Positions 1 through 11,731 of a DNA stretch of 64,000 nt are shown one piece after another (position 1 is the stretch's first letter; each line of letters opens with the position of its first letter). The notes under the pieces were generated by a model that saw only the letters and a list, made by a program, of their open reading frames with translations, did not search any database and was not told where the DNA came from. The position numbers were made by a program, and so were the translations under genes. The DNA is from Blastocladiella emersonii ATCC 22665 (taxonomy: Eukaryota > Fungi > Blastocladiomycota): assembly GCA_025594325.1 (NCBI GenBank), contig JANHCV010000003.1, positions 1,426,001-1,490,000 of the forward strand, in the 5' to 3' direction.

Positions 1-889
1 GGGCGAGCGCGTATTTGCGCTGCGTCTCGTGCGCAAAGCGCGCCCACTCAATGTACTCGGCCGTCTCGCGGTACCGAGCCAGCGCGGCCTGCAGCGAGCG
101 CTTGTGGTCGGTCAGCAGCGCGAGCTCGTTCTCGAGCTGGACCATGGACGTCTCGAACTCGCGCATCAGGTGCTGCTGCTCGATGTCGTCCTCCTCGCGG
201 CCCGAGTTGCCGAGGATCTCGCGCTTCTTGCGGATCTGCAGCAGGCTGCTCTCGAGGTCGTCAATGTGGTTGTTCATGATGTCGAAGAGCTGGCGCTGCA
301 GCGTCTCGGTCTCCTTGATGGAGATCTCGGTGACGCGCATCGGGTCGGGCACCATGAGCTCGCGCTTCTCGGTGACCCAGATGCGCGCCGAGAGCTGGTC
401 GTCGTTCGAGTCCTTGGACGTCTTGAACACGGACAGCCGCTCGATGGTGTTGTTGGCCTGCGCGAGCGACAGCTCGACCGTCTCGCGCTCGCGCGCCGCC
501 AGGTCGAGCTTCATCTGGTACGCCTTGTTGAGCTCGTCCATCTCCATGTCCTTTTCGCCGAGCCGCCGCTCGAGCTTGGAGATGGTCTCCTTGAGCTCGG
601 CAATCGAGTCCTCGCGGTTCAGAATCTCCTGCTTGGACGCGATGATCCGCTTCTGCAGCAGCGAGATGTCGCGCTCGCGCACCTTGACCTTGTGCTGCAG
701 GTCGGCCAGCGTCTCGCGGCTCTCGGTCAGCTCCTCCTTGCGCATGTCACCGAGCCGCGTCACCAGCACGAACCACGGGATCTTGTCGAGCGATGTCACC
801 TTGTCGACGGCCGACGAGATGTGTGGCGAAAGTGTCAGCTGGTTTGAGAAGATGGCCGTCTCGAGCTCCTGCCGGATCGTGTCCATCAT
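1..889 (-). CDS. Coiled-coil protein, partial (runs off window start; may have upstream exons)
   Basis: Open minus-strand frame from ATG at 889 (MMDTIRQELETAIFSNQ...RKEELTESRETLADLQHKVKVRERDISLLQKRII...) with host-like GC3 codon bias and heptad-like E/K/L content. Missing from the ORF track because it has no stop in the window. Divergent from SMC1. Confidence 0.65.
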   Translation of the reverse strand, partial: MMDTIRQELETAIFSNQLTLSPHISSAVDKVTSLDKIPWFVLVTRLGDMRKEELTESRETLADLQHKVKVRERDISLLQKRIIASKQEILNREDSIAELKETISKLERRLGEKDMEMDELNKAYQMKLDLAARERETVELSLAQANNTIERLSVFKTSKDSNDDQLSARIWVTEKRELMVPDPMRVTEISIKETETLQRQLFDIMNNHIDDLESSLLQIRKKREILGNSGREEDDIEQQHLMREFETSMVQLENELALLTDHKRSLQAALARYRETAEYIEWARFAHETQRKYALA

Positions 890-1525
890 GGGCCCGAGCG
901 TTGGCGCAAACGACGGCACGGTCGCTACACCGCGTGCGGGTCAGTGGGAAGACGTAGTGATGGTGCGGGTACCCTGCTGTACCCAAAACTTCAAAGCACG
1001 CGCGGACGCGTGACTCGTTGGGCGCGTCGGGTGCTCGACTCAGTTTTTCTCGTAGGTCGATCTCGAGGCCGAGCACTAGACGGCATTATGGTCATAAATC
1101 AGCTCGATTGCATGTATCTCGCGGTGAAAGGGTGGACTCACCCGAGCGGGTCGGCAGCCGGGCGCCGGTCCCCATGGCTGCCGATATTCCATTTGCATTC
1201 GCTGATGGCATGGTTTTTGGTTTTGCTGGTTGGCTCTCTAGACAAGCACTCGGCTAAGGTTGGGATTGTCTCGCGGCCGGCCGACGCGTCCCGCACGACG
1301 CGTCGCGAAAGCAGGTGAGGTCACACGGGTGAACGCCGCTCCTCGCTTCCTCGTGTGAGTCGGTCGCTGAACGAGAAGTGCGTTCTCGAGCCCAAGTCCC
1401 GCTGCACCCCCACACTCCATGTAAACGGCGGATCGGCGCACTCCATTACTTTGCGCAAACAGAGACCACGCATCGACGCTATACATACACACGCGCGAAA
1501 CCCACCCGCCCCTGTACACGACACG

Positions 1526-4500
1526 ATGGGTCGCCTCGTCCAGCTCGAGGTCGAGAACTTCAAGTCGTACCGCGGCCGCCATGTCATTGGCCCCTTCAAG
1601 GACCTGACGGCCGTCATCGGGCCCAACGGCTCGGGTGCGTTGCATACTCCTTCGCCGCATTGAGCGCATTTGCGGACCTTGTCTGACGCGACGCACCGGC
1701 CTCCCGCGAGTCTAGGCAAGTCCAACCTCATGGACGCCATCTCGTTCGTGCTCGGCGTGCAGTCGTCGCACCTGCGCTCGACCAACCTCAAGGAGCTCAT
1801 CTACCGCGGGCGCGCGCGGCTCGACGGGGACGGCGCCGAGATCCCGGGCACGTCCGAGTCGGCGACCTCGGCGTCCGTGTCGGCCATGTACGAGGACGAC
1901 GAAGGGAACCAGGTCCGCTTCACGCGCACCATCTCGGGCAGCGGCACCTCCGACTACCGCGTCAACGGCACTCTGACCAAGCGCGAGCCGTACGTGGCGT
2001 ACCTCGAGCGCGAGAACATCCTCGTCAAGGCGCGCAACTTCCTCGTGTTCCAGGGCGACGTCGAGGCCGTCGCCGCGCAGAGCCCGCGCGACCTCGCCCG
2101 CCTCATCGAGCAGGTCTCGGGCTCGCTCGAGCTCAAGGCCCAGTACGACACCCTCAAGGACCAGATGGACCGCGCCATGGAGAACTCGACCCTCGTCTTC
2201 CAGAAGAAGCGCGGCATGCACGCCGAGCTCAAGCAGTACAAGGAGCAAAAGGACGAGGCCGACCGCTTCGACGCCCTCGAGCTCGAGCAGGCCCAGCTCG
2301 TCCTCCAGCAGGCCCTGTGCCGCCTGTACCACATCGAGCAGAAGCTCGCCACGTCCCAGCTCGAGCTCGCCCAGGACGAGGAGAAGCACGCCACCTCCGC
2401 CCAGCTGCGCGCCGACATCGAGCAGAGCCTGCAGGCCGCCAAGCAGGAGGTGGCCACCGCCCAGCGGGACGTGACCCGCCAGGAGCGCCGCGTCGCGCAA
2501 AAGGACCGCGCGCGCGCCGAGAAGGGTCCCGTCCTCGTCCAGCTGAACCAGACCAAGGCCCACGCCGCCGCCAAGGTCGAGAAGCTCGAGGCGCAGATCG
2601 CGAACGTCACCCGCGACAGCGACCGCCACGCCGCGACGCTCGCCGACCTCGAGCAGCAGCTCGCGACCGTCGACCGCGCCCGCGCCAACCTCGACCGCCG
2701 CATCGGCGCCGCCCGCACCCAGCGCGCCGCGCTCGAGGCGCACCTCGACGAGTACCACCGCACCCAGTCGGCCTTCCTCGTCGCCGCCGCCAACAAGCAG
2801 CAGCAGCTCGACTCGCTCGTCCTCGGCACCAAGTCGCGCGCCGACCGCGCCGCGCACGCCCAGGCCACGCTCGAGACCACCGACCGCAAGCTCGCCGCCG
2901 TCGACCAGGAGCGCTCCGCCGCCACCGAGAAGCTCGAGCGCGCCCGCGAGGCGCACGCGGTCGCGGCGCAGGGCCTCCGCGACGTGCAGCAGGAGCTCGC
3001 CCAGGTCGAGTCGCGCGAGGCCAACCTGCGCGCCCAGGAGCAGTCGCTCAACGAAAAGTACGTGCAGCTCACGGCCAAGGTCATGGAGTACAAGCAGGAC
3101 AAGCGGCAGTCCAAGCGCGAGGAGAACAACGCCAAGCTCGTCGGCGAGCTCCAGGCCATGTTCCCGGGAGTCCGCGGTCGGCTTCGCACGCTGTGCCGCA
3201 CGACGCAGTCCAAGTACGACACGGCGTACCACCTGATCCTCGGGCGCAACCTCGACGCCATCGTCACCGACACCCAGGCGACCGCCATCCAGTGCATCAA
3301 GCACATGCGCGAGCAGCGCATGGGCCACGCGCAGTTCCTCCCGCTGCAGGACCTCGTGACCAAGGAGATCCCGCAGTCGCTGCGCACCTTCGCCCACGCG
3401 CGGCCCGCCATCGACGTGCTCCAGTACGAAAAGGATATCGAGCCCGCGGTCCGGTACGCGTGCAGCACCACGCTCGTGTGCGAGACGCTCGCCGTGGCCA
3501 AGCACATCTGCTACGAGCGCGACACGCGCGTTAAGGCCGTGACGCTCGACGGCATTACCATCCACAAGTCGGGCGCCATGTCCGGGTCCGCGTCGTCGGC
3601 CAACGCGGCCAGCGCCACGTCGGCGTGGCAGGCGCAGGACTTTGAGCGCGCCGAGGACGCCCGCAACAAGGTCATCGCCGAGCTGAACCTGCTCTCCAAG
3701 GAGCGCCGCAAGTACATGGACCGCGACGAGCTCCGCGCGCAGCTCACCACGCGCCAGGGCCAGGTCGAGTTCGTCGCCAACATGGTCGCCGGGCTCGAGG
3801 CCAAGGTCGCGGCGCTCACCGACGAGCACCGCGCGCTCACGCAGACGCGCACCACGGCGGCGGCTACCCTCGAGTCGCTCGCCGAGGACATGCAGGACGC
3901 GCACATCGAGGACCTCAAGGACGAGCTCGCCGACATCAAGCGGTCCACGTTCGCGGCGTTCTGCGCGGCTGCGGGCGTCGAGTCGGTCGACGAGTACGAG
4001 CGCGTCGTGCTGCAGACGGTCGCGGACGAGGCGCGCGAGCAGCAGGCGCTCGACGCGCAGCGCGCCACGGTCGAGACCACGCTCGCGTACGAGCGCGAGC
4101 AGCGCGCGTCGCTCGATCGCCGCATCGCGCAGCTGCGCACGTCGCAGGCGACCGAGCAGGCCACGGTCGCGGACCTCGCGGCCAAGGTCGCGGACGTCGA
4201 GGCCGTCATCAACGCGGCGCAGGCCGAGCTCGACGAACTCAACGCCGAGCTGCGCGAGCTCCAGGCCGTGCACCAGGCCAAGGTCGCCGCGGCCAACCTG
4301 CGCAAGCGCCAGCTGCGCGAGACGATCGGTATCATGGAGGGGCTTGAGCGGACGATGATGGAGGCGCGCGGCGAGATCACCAAGCTGCACCACCAGCGGT
4401 TTGCGCAGCTGCGGCGCGCGCGCGTCGAGAACATCCCGATCCGGCTCGCGGCCGGGTCCATGGCCGACCTGCGGCCCGAGGCGAGCGTCGAGGAGTCGCA

Positions 4501-5278
4501 GGACGTCAGCCAGGGGATCGAGATCGACTACTCGGGGCTCAGCGACGAGTACAAGGATCTGGGCGACGCCGCGGCGGCCGACCAGCAGTTCAATGAGCGG
4601 CTCGCGCAGATGGCCGACGACCTCGACCGCATGGCGCCCAACCGCCGTGTGCTCGACAAGATGGCGGGCGTCACGACCAAGGCCAAGCAGACGGACCGCG
4701 AGTTTGACCGCGCCCGCCGCGACGCGCGGTCGGCCAAGGACGAGTTCGAGGCGGTGCACGCGGAGCGGTACTCGCTATTCATGGCCGCCTTCAACCACAT
4801 CTCCGGGTGCATCAACCAGGTGTACAAGGAGCTCACCATGTCGCGCAACTTCCCGGTCGGCGGGACCGCGTACCTGTCGCTCGAGTCGGAGGAGGACCCG
4901 TTCTCGTCGGGCATCAAGTACCACGCGATGCCGCCCATGAAGCGGTTCCGCGACATGGAGCAGCTGTCGGGCGGCGAGAAGACGGTCGCCGCGCTCGCGC
5001 TCCTGTTCGCCATCAACTCGTTCCGCCCCGCGCCCTTCTTTGTGCTTGACGAGGTGGACGCGGCGCTCGACAACGCCAACGTGGCCAAGGTCGCCCGGTA
5101 CGTGACGCAGGCCCGCGCCCGCGACCCCGTGTCTGGCCGCCCCGCGGTTCAATTCATCGTCATCTCGCTCAAGAACACCTTCTACGAGCGCGCCGAGGCC
5201 CTCGTCGGCGTGTACCGCGACAACGAGGATAACTCGTCGAGCTCCATGACGCTGGACCTCGAGCAGTACGAGGCGTGA
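1526..5278 (+). CDS. SMC1: Cohesin subunit SMC1; intron 1635-1715
   Basis: Exon 1 [17 protein letters not shown]...GPNGS splices (GTGCGT...CTAG) to [14 protein letters not shown], restoring Walker A. Also [10 protein letters not shown], hinge region, [33 protein letters not shown] and [12 protein letters not shown] (SMC1-type C-terminal head). Confidence 0.97.
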
Positions 5279-6171
5279 TGAGGGGGGTGTGCGTGATGCG
5301 ATTTTGGGATGGGATCGAGATTGTATAAACGTGGTTATTTATCCTCATCATCATTCTCCGAGAAACTATAGTGAGAAACTGCGGGTTATTCGTCTCGGAC
5401 GAGCGGGGCGCTTGTGGAAGCGGAGGAGGAGCGAAAAGTGGTCGCCGAGACATCACGTGCGTGTGAGCGACGCGTGCGAGGGCGGCTCGTTGCTGTTCGC
5501 CTGCTCTCCACAAGGTCTGAGGAAGTAGTTTGGGTCCTCAAACTTGGTGCAACGTAGACAGTAGCATAAGCGTATGTGCGGCTTGAATCAGAGTGAGCAG
5601 CGCGAATGAGCACCTCGCGCTCGCAGCCTTGCTTGCAGCGGCATCTTTCTCGTCGTTCGTGCGGGCTCCACAGCTTACATCATCTCGTACATGCGCAGAA
5701 AAATCAATGGTTGCTCTCAGCGTCCCTTGAATAGCTCAATGCTCGGCACACGCACGAACTCGTACAACCAGGTCGCCGAGATACTCGAGCTTTTCTCACT
5801 AGTCACTCATCAACGTTTTGCGTGAACGTTGAAGGTCTGCATACCGGGCTCAGCGTGGAAGATCGCGGGGCTGAACGAGCAAGAACACGATCAAAGCAAT
5901 CACGACAAGCACGATTTGCTCCTCACCTCGCTCAAGCGCGAACTCAGTTGCTCAACATCGTCAGAACTTCGTTTGCTCGCCATGGAGCACGCTTAGGAGA
6001 ACGATCAGTGAGGATGAAAAAAAGATAGATGATATGGTGGGGCGCGCAAAGACTGCAAGGTCGCGAGGAGAAAAAGAGGAACAAAAGATCTGTACAAAGG
6101 GGGGGAGGTCGGCGAGCGCGGCCGCGCGGACACGGTCGTCGATCACCGATCATCGTCGAGCAACGCGGGAC

Positions 6172-6879
6172 TTAAACGAGCTGGAACTGCGACTGCGACT
6201 GGAACTGCGAGGCGTCGATGCCGTGGCCGTGCGCGCCCGAGAGGTCCTGGAACTGCGACTGCGACTGGGCCTGCACCGCGTCGCCGTGGCCAAAGTTGCC
6301 CTGGAACTGCGACTGCGACTGGGCCTGCAGCGCGTCGCCGTGGCCGTGGCCGGCGTTCCACTGCGACTGAGCCTGCGACTGCTGCTGGAACGCGTCGCCG
6401 CCGTGGCCGTGACCGTGACCAACGTCCCACTGCGACTGCTGCTGCGCCTGCGACTGGAAGCCGCCATCGCCCGCCTGGAACTGCGACTGCGACTGCTGCT
6501 GGAAGGCGTCGTCAACCGTGTGGTGGCCGCTGCCCCAGTTGCTCTGCGCCTGCGACTGGAACTGCGACTGCGCGCCATGGTCACCGCCAAACTGGTTCTG
6601 CGCCTGCGACTGGAACTGCGACTGCGCGCCATGGTCACCGCCAAACTGGTTCTGCGCCTGCGACTGGAACTGCGACTGCGCGCCATGGTCACCGCCAAAC
6701 TGGGTCTGGGCCTGTGACTGGAACTGCGACTGGGCGCCGTGGTCGCCAAACTGTTGCTGTGCCTGCCACTGCGACTGCGACTGCGCGCCGCCGTTGCCGG
6801 CGGAGAACTGGGCCTGCGACTGGGCCTGGGTCTGCACGGCCGGGATCGAGATCGGGGCGAAAGCGGCGGTGGCACTCAT
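6172..6879 (-). CDS. 235-aa Q/S/G/H-rich low-complexity repeat protein (QSQFQSQAQ motifs), unknown function
   Basis: ATG at 6879 in MSATAAFAP. Repeats GDHGAQSQFQSQAQNQFG and GHGHGDA.QAQSQSQFQ. TATA-like box about 95 bp upstream. Host-like codon bias. Confidence 0.75.
   Translation of the reverse strand: MSATAAFAPISIPAVQTQAQSQAQFSAGNGGAQSQSQWQAQQQFGDHGAQSQFQSQAQTQFGGDHGAQSQFQSQAQNQFGGDHGAQSQFQSQAQNQFGGDHGAQSQFQSQAQSNWGSGHHTVDDAFQQQSQSQFQAGDGGFQSQAQQQSQWDVGHGHGHGGDAFQQQSQAQSQWNAGHGHGDALQAQSQSQFQGNFGHGDAVQAQSQSQFQDLSGAHGHGIDASQFQSQSQFQLV
6543..6753. repeat. 54-bp coding tandem repeat (3 near-identical copies plus 1 degenerate)
   Basis: Unit tctgcgcctgcgactggaactgcgactgcgcgccatggtcaccgccaaactggt starts at 6543, 6597 and 6651, with a diverged copy at 6705. 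Confidence 0.95.
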
Positions 6880-6973
6880 GGTGGTGGTTGATGCGTGGGG
6901 TGGATGGTGGTGGTGGTGTTGATGCGTGTGCAAGGGTGACGAGCAAGAGCTGAGGCGGCGGGGGCGCGGCCGC

Positions 6974-6981
6974 TTTAAATA
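6974..6981 (-). promoter_or_regulatory. Putative TATA box of the Q/S repeat gene
   Basis: TATTTAAA on the minus strand, an isolated AT island in GC-rich DNA about 95 bp upstream of ATG 6879. Confidence 0.5.
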
Positions 6982-7903
6982 CCCGCGGGCGAGACCCCGC
7001 TGGCCCGCCAAAGCAACGCGCACACATCAAGGCGAGACAGCCTAGCCGCCTAACGCTTGTTCCCGCCAACGCGTTGGCCACGTCGAGGCGAGCCGCTGCG
7101 CCCGAAGCGGTCCGCTTCCCTCCGCTGGCCGCTGCCTCGCTGCGGCGCACCGCTCGCCTTCCCATCCGGGCCCCGCGCCGCTGCTTGCACGCGAAATTGC
7201 GTGAGACCACCCTCGCGCTCGCGTGCGCGATCAGCTCGGCGCACACGCTTCGCGTTGGAGCAGCGCCGACAGCGTCAACACGGCGCACCGCAGCGACGGC
7301 AAGCGGGCGGGAGACGCGTTGCACCGGGCCTCCACTTTGACACCTCGAGGGCGACCGCACGCCGCAGTTGGTGAGCCGCTCCTGCATGGGCGTCTCCCAC
7401 GGTGCAGCGGATCGCTGCTGCGGTCGGCCGAGACAGGAGAGTCGCTCACGACCGCGTCGCGCCCGCGCGTGTGAGTCGGGTGCTCGCGGCGTGTTGCGTG
7501 CGCGGGCCGCTCCCACGCGCGTTCGTGTTGCGCCTTGGCGCTGCGACATGGTGCAAGAAGTCGCATTCGTTCATCATGATGGCATCGGCTTCCATGGCTG
7601 TGTGATTTGGAGAAGGTCTCACACACGCGAGTGGGATCCTTGGCGACTCGCGGCGACCGGCTTGACCCGTCTCGCCACCATGTCGCAACGTGGCCTTCCG
7701 CAACAGGACTCATGCTCCGTCACACTCAGTGGCGCGTGAGTTTGTCGGAGGAATCCATCCGCACGGGGCGGGTTGGGTTCTCTGAGACATCAGGCACGAC
7801 GTGAAGCTCACCGCAGCGTGACTGCCACGTCCGCGTTGCGCCACACCGCGAAGAACATGCGTTTTGAGTCAAAATTGTCTATCGATTATACTGACCACGC
7901 GGG

Positions 7904-10900
7904 TCACGACGAGCCGACCTGCGAGTCCATGGGCGGTCCCCACCGCAGCTTCTGTACAATGGCGGTATCCTTGCCCTTGAGGGCGCCGACTGAGACGAGC
8001 CCCGCGTACGACGTGTACCCGCACAGCGTCATGGCGCCGGACGCCGTAGCGGGCGCGACCACGGGCTGCGCGCGGACCATGGCGTCGCGCTTCACGTCCC
8101 ACAGGAACATCATTCCGTGCGAGCTCCACGCGAGCTCGGGCTTGGCCTCATCGCCGCGCTGCAGGATCGCGCCCGGGTTGCTCGGGTTCTTGGCGTCGAA
8201 CATGGACGGGCTGTTGGGCGTCGTGCTGAGCGGCGAGCTGAGCTGCGCGAGCGACGACGGCATGCGCCGGAGCAGGCTCGATGCGACCGACGTGGACCCG
8301 TCGGCGGGGCTCGGCGGGTCGCACGTCCCGACCATCGTGTCGAGGCATAGCATACGCTCGAGGCGGCTCCCGCCGTCAGCACCTGCGCCCGCGTCCCACA
8401 TGGCGTGCAGCGCGACGCCGCACACGCGGCGCTTGGTCCCCACGCCGTCGATGCCGTGCGACGGCAGGTCGCCGCCGTCGTGCATGCTGGGCAGCATCGG
8501 CGTGGTGAGCCGCGGGAGGCGCGCCTTGAGCGGCTCCCACTGCAGCGCGCGCAGGTCGTACACCTCGGCCGTCTCGAAGAAGGTGTCGACGGGCGCGTCG
8601 AGGTGGAACTTGAGGACGCACGCGGTGGCCGCATCGTAGACGAGGTGCGGGCGGTGCTTCTTGGACACGGGCACGCTCCATTTCGGCTGGCGCATCCACT
8701 CCTGGGTGCGCGGGTCGAGCCGTGCGAACCGCCGCCGGCTGTCGCCGCCGCCACCCACAAACAGCGTGCCGCCGCCGTGGATCACGCAAATGTCGTTCCA
8801 CCCGGACGCGTACAGCTGCGGCGCCGACACGAGCCGCATGGTGCCAAGGTCGAGCCGCGTCACCGAGTGCCGCTTGACGCGCCCGCCGCCCACCAGGTAC
8901 ACGGACTGCTCGCGCGGCAGGAACCCCATGTCGAACGTCCGCGGCGTGTCCCACCCGGCAAACAGGTCGTACACGTCCAGCGACACGTCCGCCGCCTGCC
9001 GCACCTGCTCGGCGCCGTCCGTGCGCCGTACCGCGGCCCCCGGCTTGAGCGCAATGGGTTTCTCAAACTCGCCGCTGGGGAGCGACAGGTAGTGGATCGT
9101 CGCGTCGCGCCCCGCCACGAAGATCGGGTGGTGCTCGCCCTCATCCATGGCGTGCGCGACGACGGGTACCGGCAGGATCGCGCGGCCCGGGTGTTCGACG
9201 CGGTCGAGGTCCACCGAGCGGCACGTGTACAGCGGCACGAACCCTTCCTGGCTCGCGCCCGCCTCGTCCTGGCACGACGCCCAGATGAACCCGCGCTCGT
9301 AGATCCCCGCCGGCGTCGGCAGCGGGTACACGGGCGTCTCGCCGTCGGGCACGTCGAGGAACCGCGCGCCCAGCTCCACGGGACGCACGCTCACCGAAAT
9401 CACCGTGCCCTCGGGCGGGAACAGCAGCGGCGAGCCGACGCCGAGCAGCTCGAGAGGGAGCGCGTTTTCGGCGGCAGCGTCGGGTGTTGCGGGCGGCTGT
9501 GATGCCGGTGGAGATGATGGCGGCGGCGAGATGGGTGCTGTTGGAGACGGTGGTGCTGCACGCGGCGTTGGTGGCGCGCTCGGGATCGGGATCGGGTGCA
9601 TGACAGGTAGTGGCGGGAGCGGCGGTGCCGGCGCGAGCGGGAACATGGGCCCGGGCGGCGGGTACAGCGTGCCCGACGGCGACGAGGAGAGGGGAGGCGG
9701 CGTCGGCATGGGCATCGGCATCATCGGGACCATGGGCATTGGCATCGGCATCGACGTGGGGAAGCCCGACGGCGAAGGGAAACCGGTTGGTGAAGGGAGT
9801 CCCGACGGCGACGGCATGTCGCGCGGACCGTCGTACGGGGCTCGAATCGCGTCGCGGATGGAGCGGGCCTGCGAAGCCTGGCTCATGGCGCGGCGCAGCG
9901 CGCGCTTCTCGCGGTCGAAGCTGGACAATGGCGGCGACGACGAATCCTCGACGCCGGCTCGCTGCAGGATGGCGCTGGGCGGGATCGAGCGGTGGCGGGC
10001 GAGTGCCGCCGCCCCGACCTCGCGGCTGCGGCCGCGCTCGCCACCGTCGTCGTCGTACTCGTCTTCCGAGTCGTACGAGCCGTTTGACGACGAGCGGCCG
10101 AGGCTGGACAGCGAGTCGACGGCCGAGTCGTGCTTGGACGACAGCTTGCGCACGAGGGTACTGCTCGGGCTGCCCTGCACGGCGGCGCCGCCGCCGCCCA
10201 TCGACCCGACGGCGACGGGGTCGTTGCGCGACATGACGTCGAGCCGGCGGGCGACCTCCTCGAACCCGGGCCGCACCGACGCGTCCTGGGCCCAGCAGTC
10301 GCGGATGAGCGCGGCAAACTCGGGCGGCGTGTCGTCGGGGATCTCGGGCCGCGCGCCCTCGAGGATCGACATGCGCACAATGAGCGGGTCCTCGCCGTCG
10401 AACGGGTACTCGCGCGACGCCACCTCGTACAGCATCATGCCGAACGAGTACACGTCGCACGCCTCGGTGAACCGGCCGCCCGCGCGCAGCCGCTCGGGCG
10501 CCGTCCATGCCAGCGTCATGTACTGCTTCCGCGCGTCGGTCGGCTCGGTTCCCGAGCGCGTGGCGGTCGCGGACGCCGTGGTGAGCAAGCTGGTGCGCGA
10601 CTTGGCAAGCCCAAAGTCGGACACCTTGGCGTGCAGGTACTCGTCGAGCAGGACGTTGAGCGACTTGAGGTCGCGGTGCTGCACGTTGTTGGCGTAGAGC
10701 AGCTGCATGCCGCGCGCCGCCTCGAGCGCGATGCGGTACCGCAGTGGCCATGGCAGCTCGACGTCGTCGTCGCGCAGGACCTCGGACAGGTTGCCGCGCG
10801 CCATGTGCTCAAGGACGATGCAGTAGCGGCCGTGCTCGGTGCAGATGCCGTAGAGGCGCGGGATGTAGCGCGACGTGATGCTGCGCAGGACGTCGACCTC

Positions 10901-11731
10901 GCACTTGAAGTCCTTAAGGGCCGCGGGACCGAGCCGCTGCACGTCGAGCACCTTGATGGCGACCTGCTCGCCCTGGTACGTGCCGCGGTACACGACGCCG
11001 AACCCGCCGCGGCCAATCTCCTCCTCGAAGATGAGCTTCCAGTACGGGATCTCGAGGTGCTGGAACCGGTCGCCCGCGAGCGGCTGCGGCGCGACCACGA
11101 CGGTGCGCAGGTAGTCCTTGAGTGAGTCGACCGTCTTCTTGGCCAGGTCCTCCTGGTGCACGTAGATGCCGTTGAGCAGCGCGAGCTCCTCGGTGTGCAT
11201 GGCGACGATCGAGTCGAGGATCTCGCGGATGTGCGCGGCGTCGGCCTACGTTGTGGAAAATCGTCAGCCACGGGCCGCGCGTCGGACAGGTCGCAGGTAT
11301 CGCACCTCCTCAGCGAGCTTGTCGTCGTCGGGGTTGAAGAGCGAGGCGACGTTGATCTGGACGTCGAGCATCTGCATGACGTGGGACAGGCGGTCGTTGA
11401 TCTCGTTGAAGGCGGAGCGGAACGAGCCGAGGGTGAGGAGACGCTGGTGCCACTTGGTCTTGCTGGAAAACGACTCGACGAGGGCCTGGGCCTGGTCGAC
11501 GAGCGAAGCGAGGTCCGCCAGCGTGTCCTCGACGCGGGCGACCTTGGCGAGCTCGCCCGCGCGCGCCAGCTCGTCCAGCATCTCGGCGAGCTGCACGACG
11601 CGGCGCGCCAGCAGCTGGCACTGCTCGTTGTTGACCTTGACCGAGTGCGCGATCCCTTGCAGCCCGGCAGCGCTCGCCACCAGGCCCGTGATGATCTTGG
11701 CGCTCACCGTGAGGACGACGAGGTCCACCAT
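7904..11731 (-). CDS. MLKL-like N-terminal 4-helix bundle + TKL-type protein kinase + Pro-rich linker + Kelch-like repeats; intron 11246-11305
   Basis: Exon 1 (11306-11731) VKVNNEQCQLLARRVVQLAEMLDEL...AQALVESFSS...FNEINDRLSHV joins in frame (GTGCGA...CGTAG) to the 1098-aa ORF. Kinase motifs IGRGGFGVVY, VAIK, HRDLKSLN, DFG, WTAPE, DVYSFG. C-terminal VYLVGG, LFVGGG..RLDPRTQEW and AEVYDLRALQWE. Confidence 0.9.

Noticed and set aside
1712-4759. 1015-aa minus-strand ORF, and similar long antisense ORFs at 15-1013, 28933-31707, 32963-34795 and 57870-59216
   Set aside because: Shadow frames caused by extreme GC3 bias on the opposite strand of real genes. They have V/L/G/R-rich nonsense composition and no motifs.
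6543-6753. Regularly spaced direct repeats considered as a CRISPR array
   Set aside because: Contiguous 54-bp in-frame coding repeats with no unique spacers, in a eukaryotic context with no cas genes.
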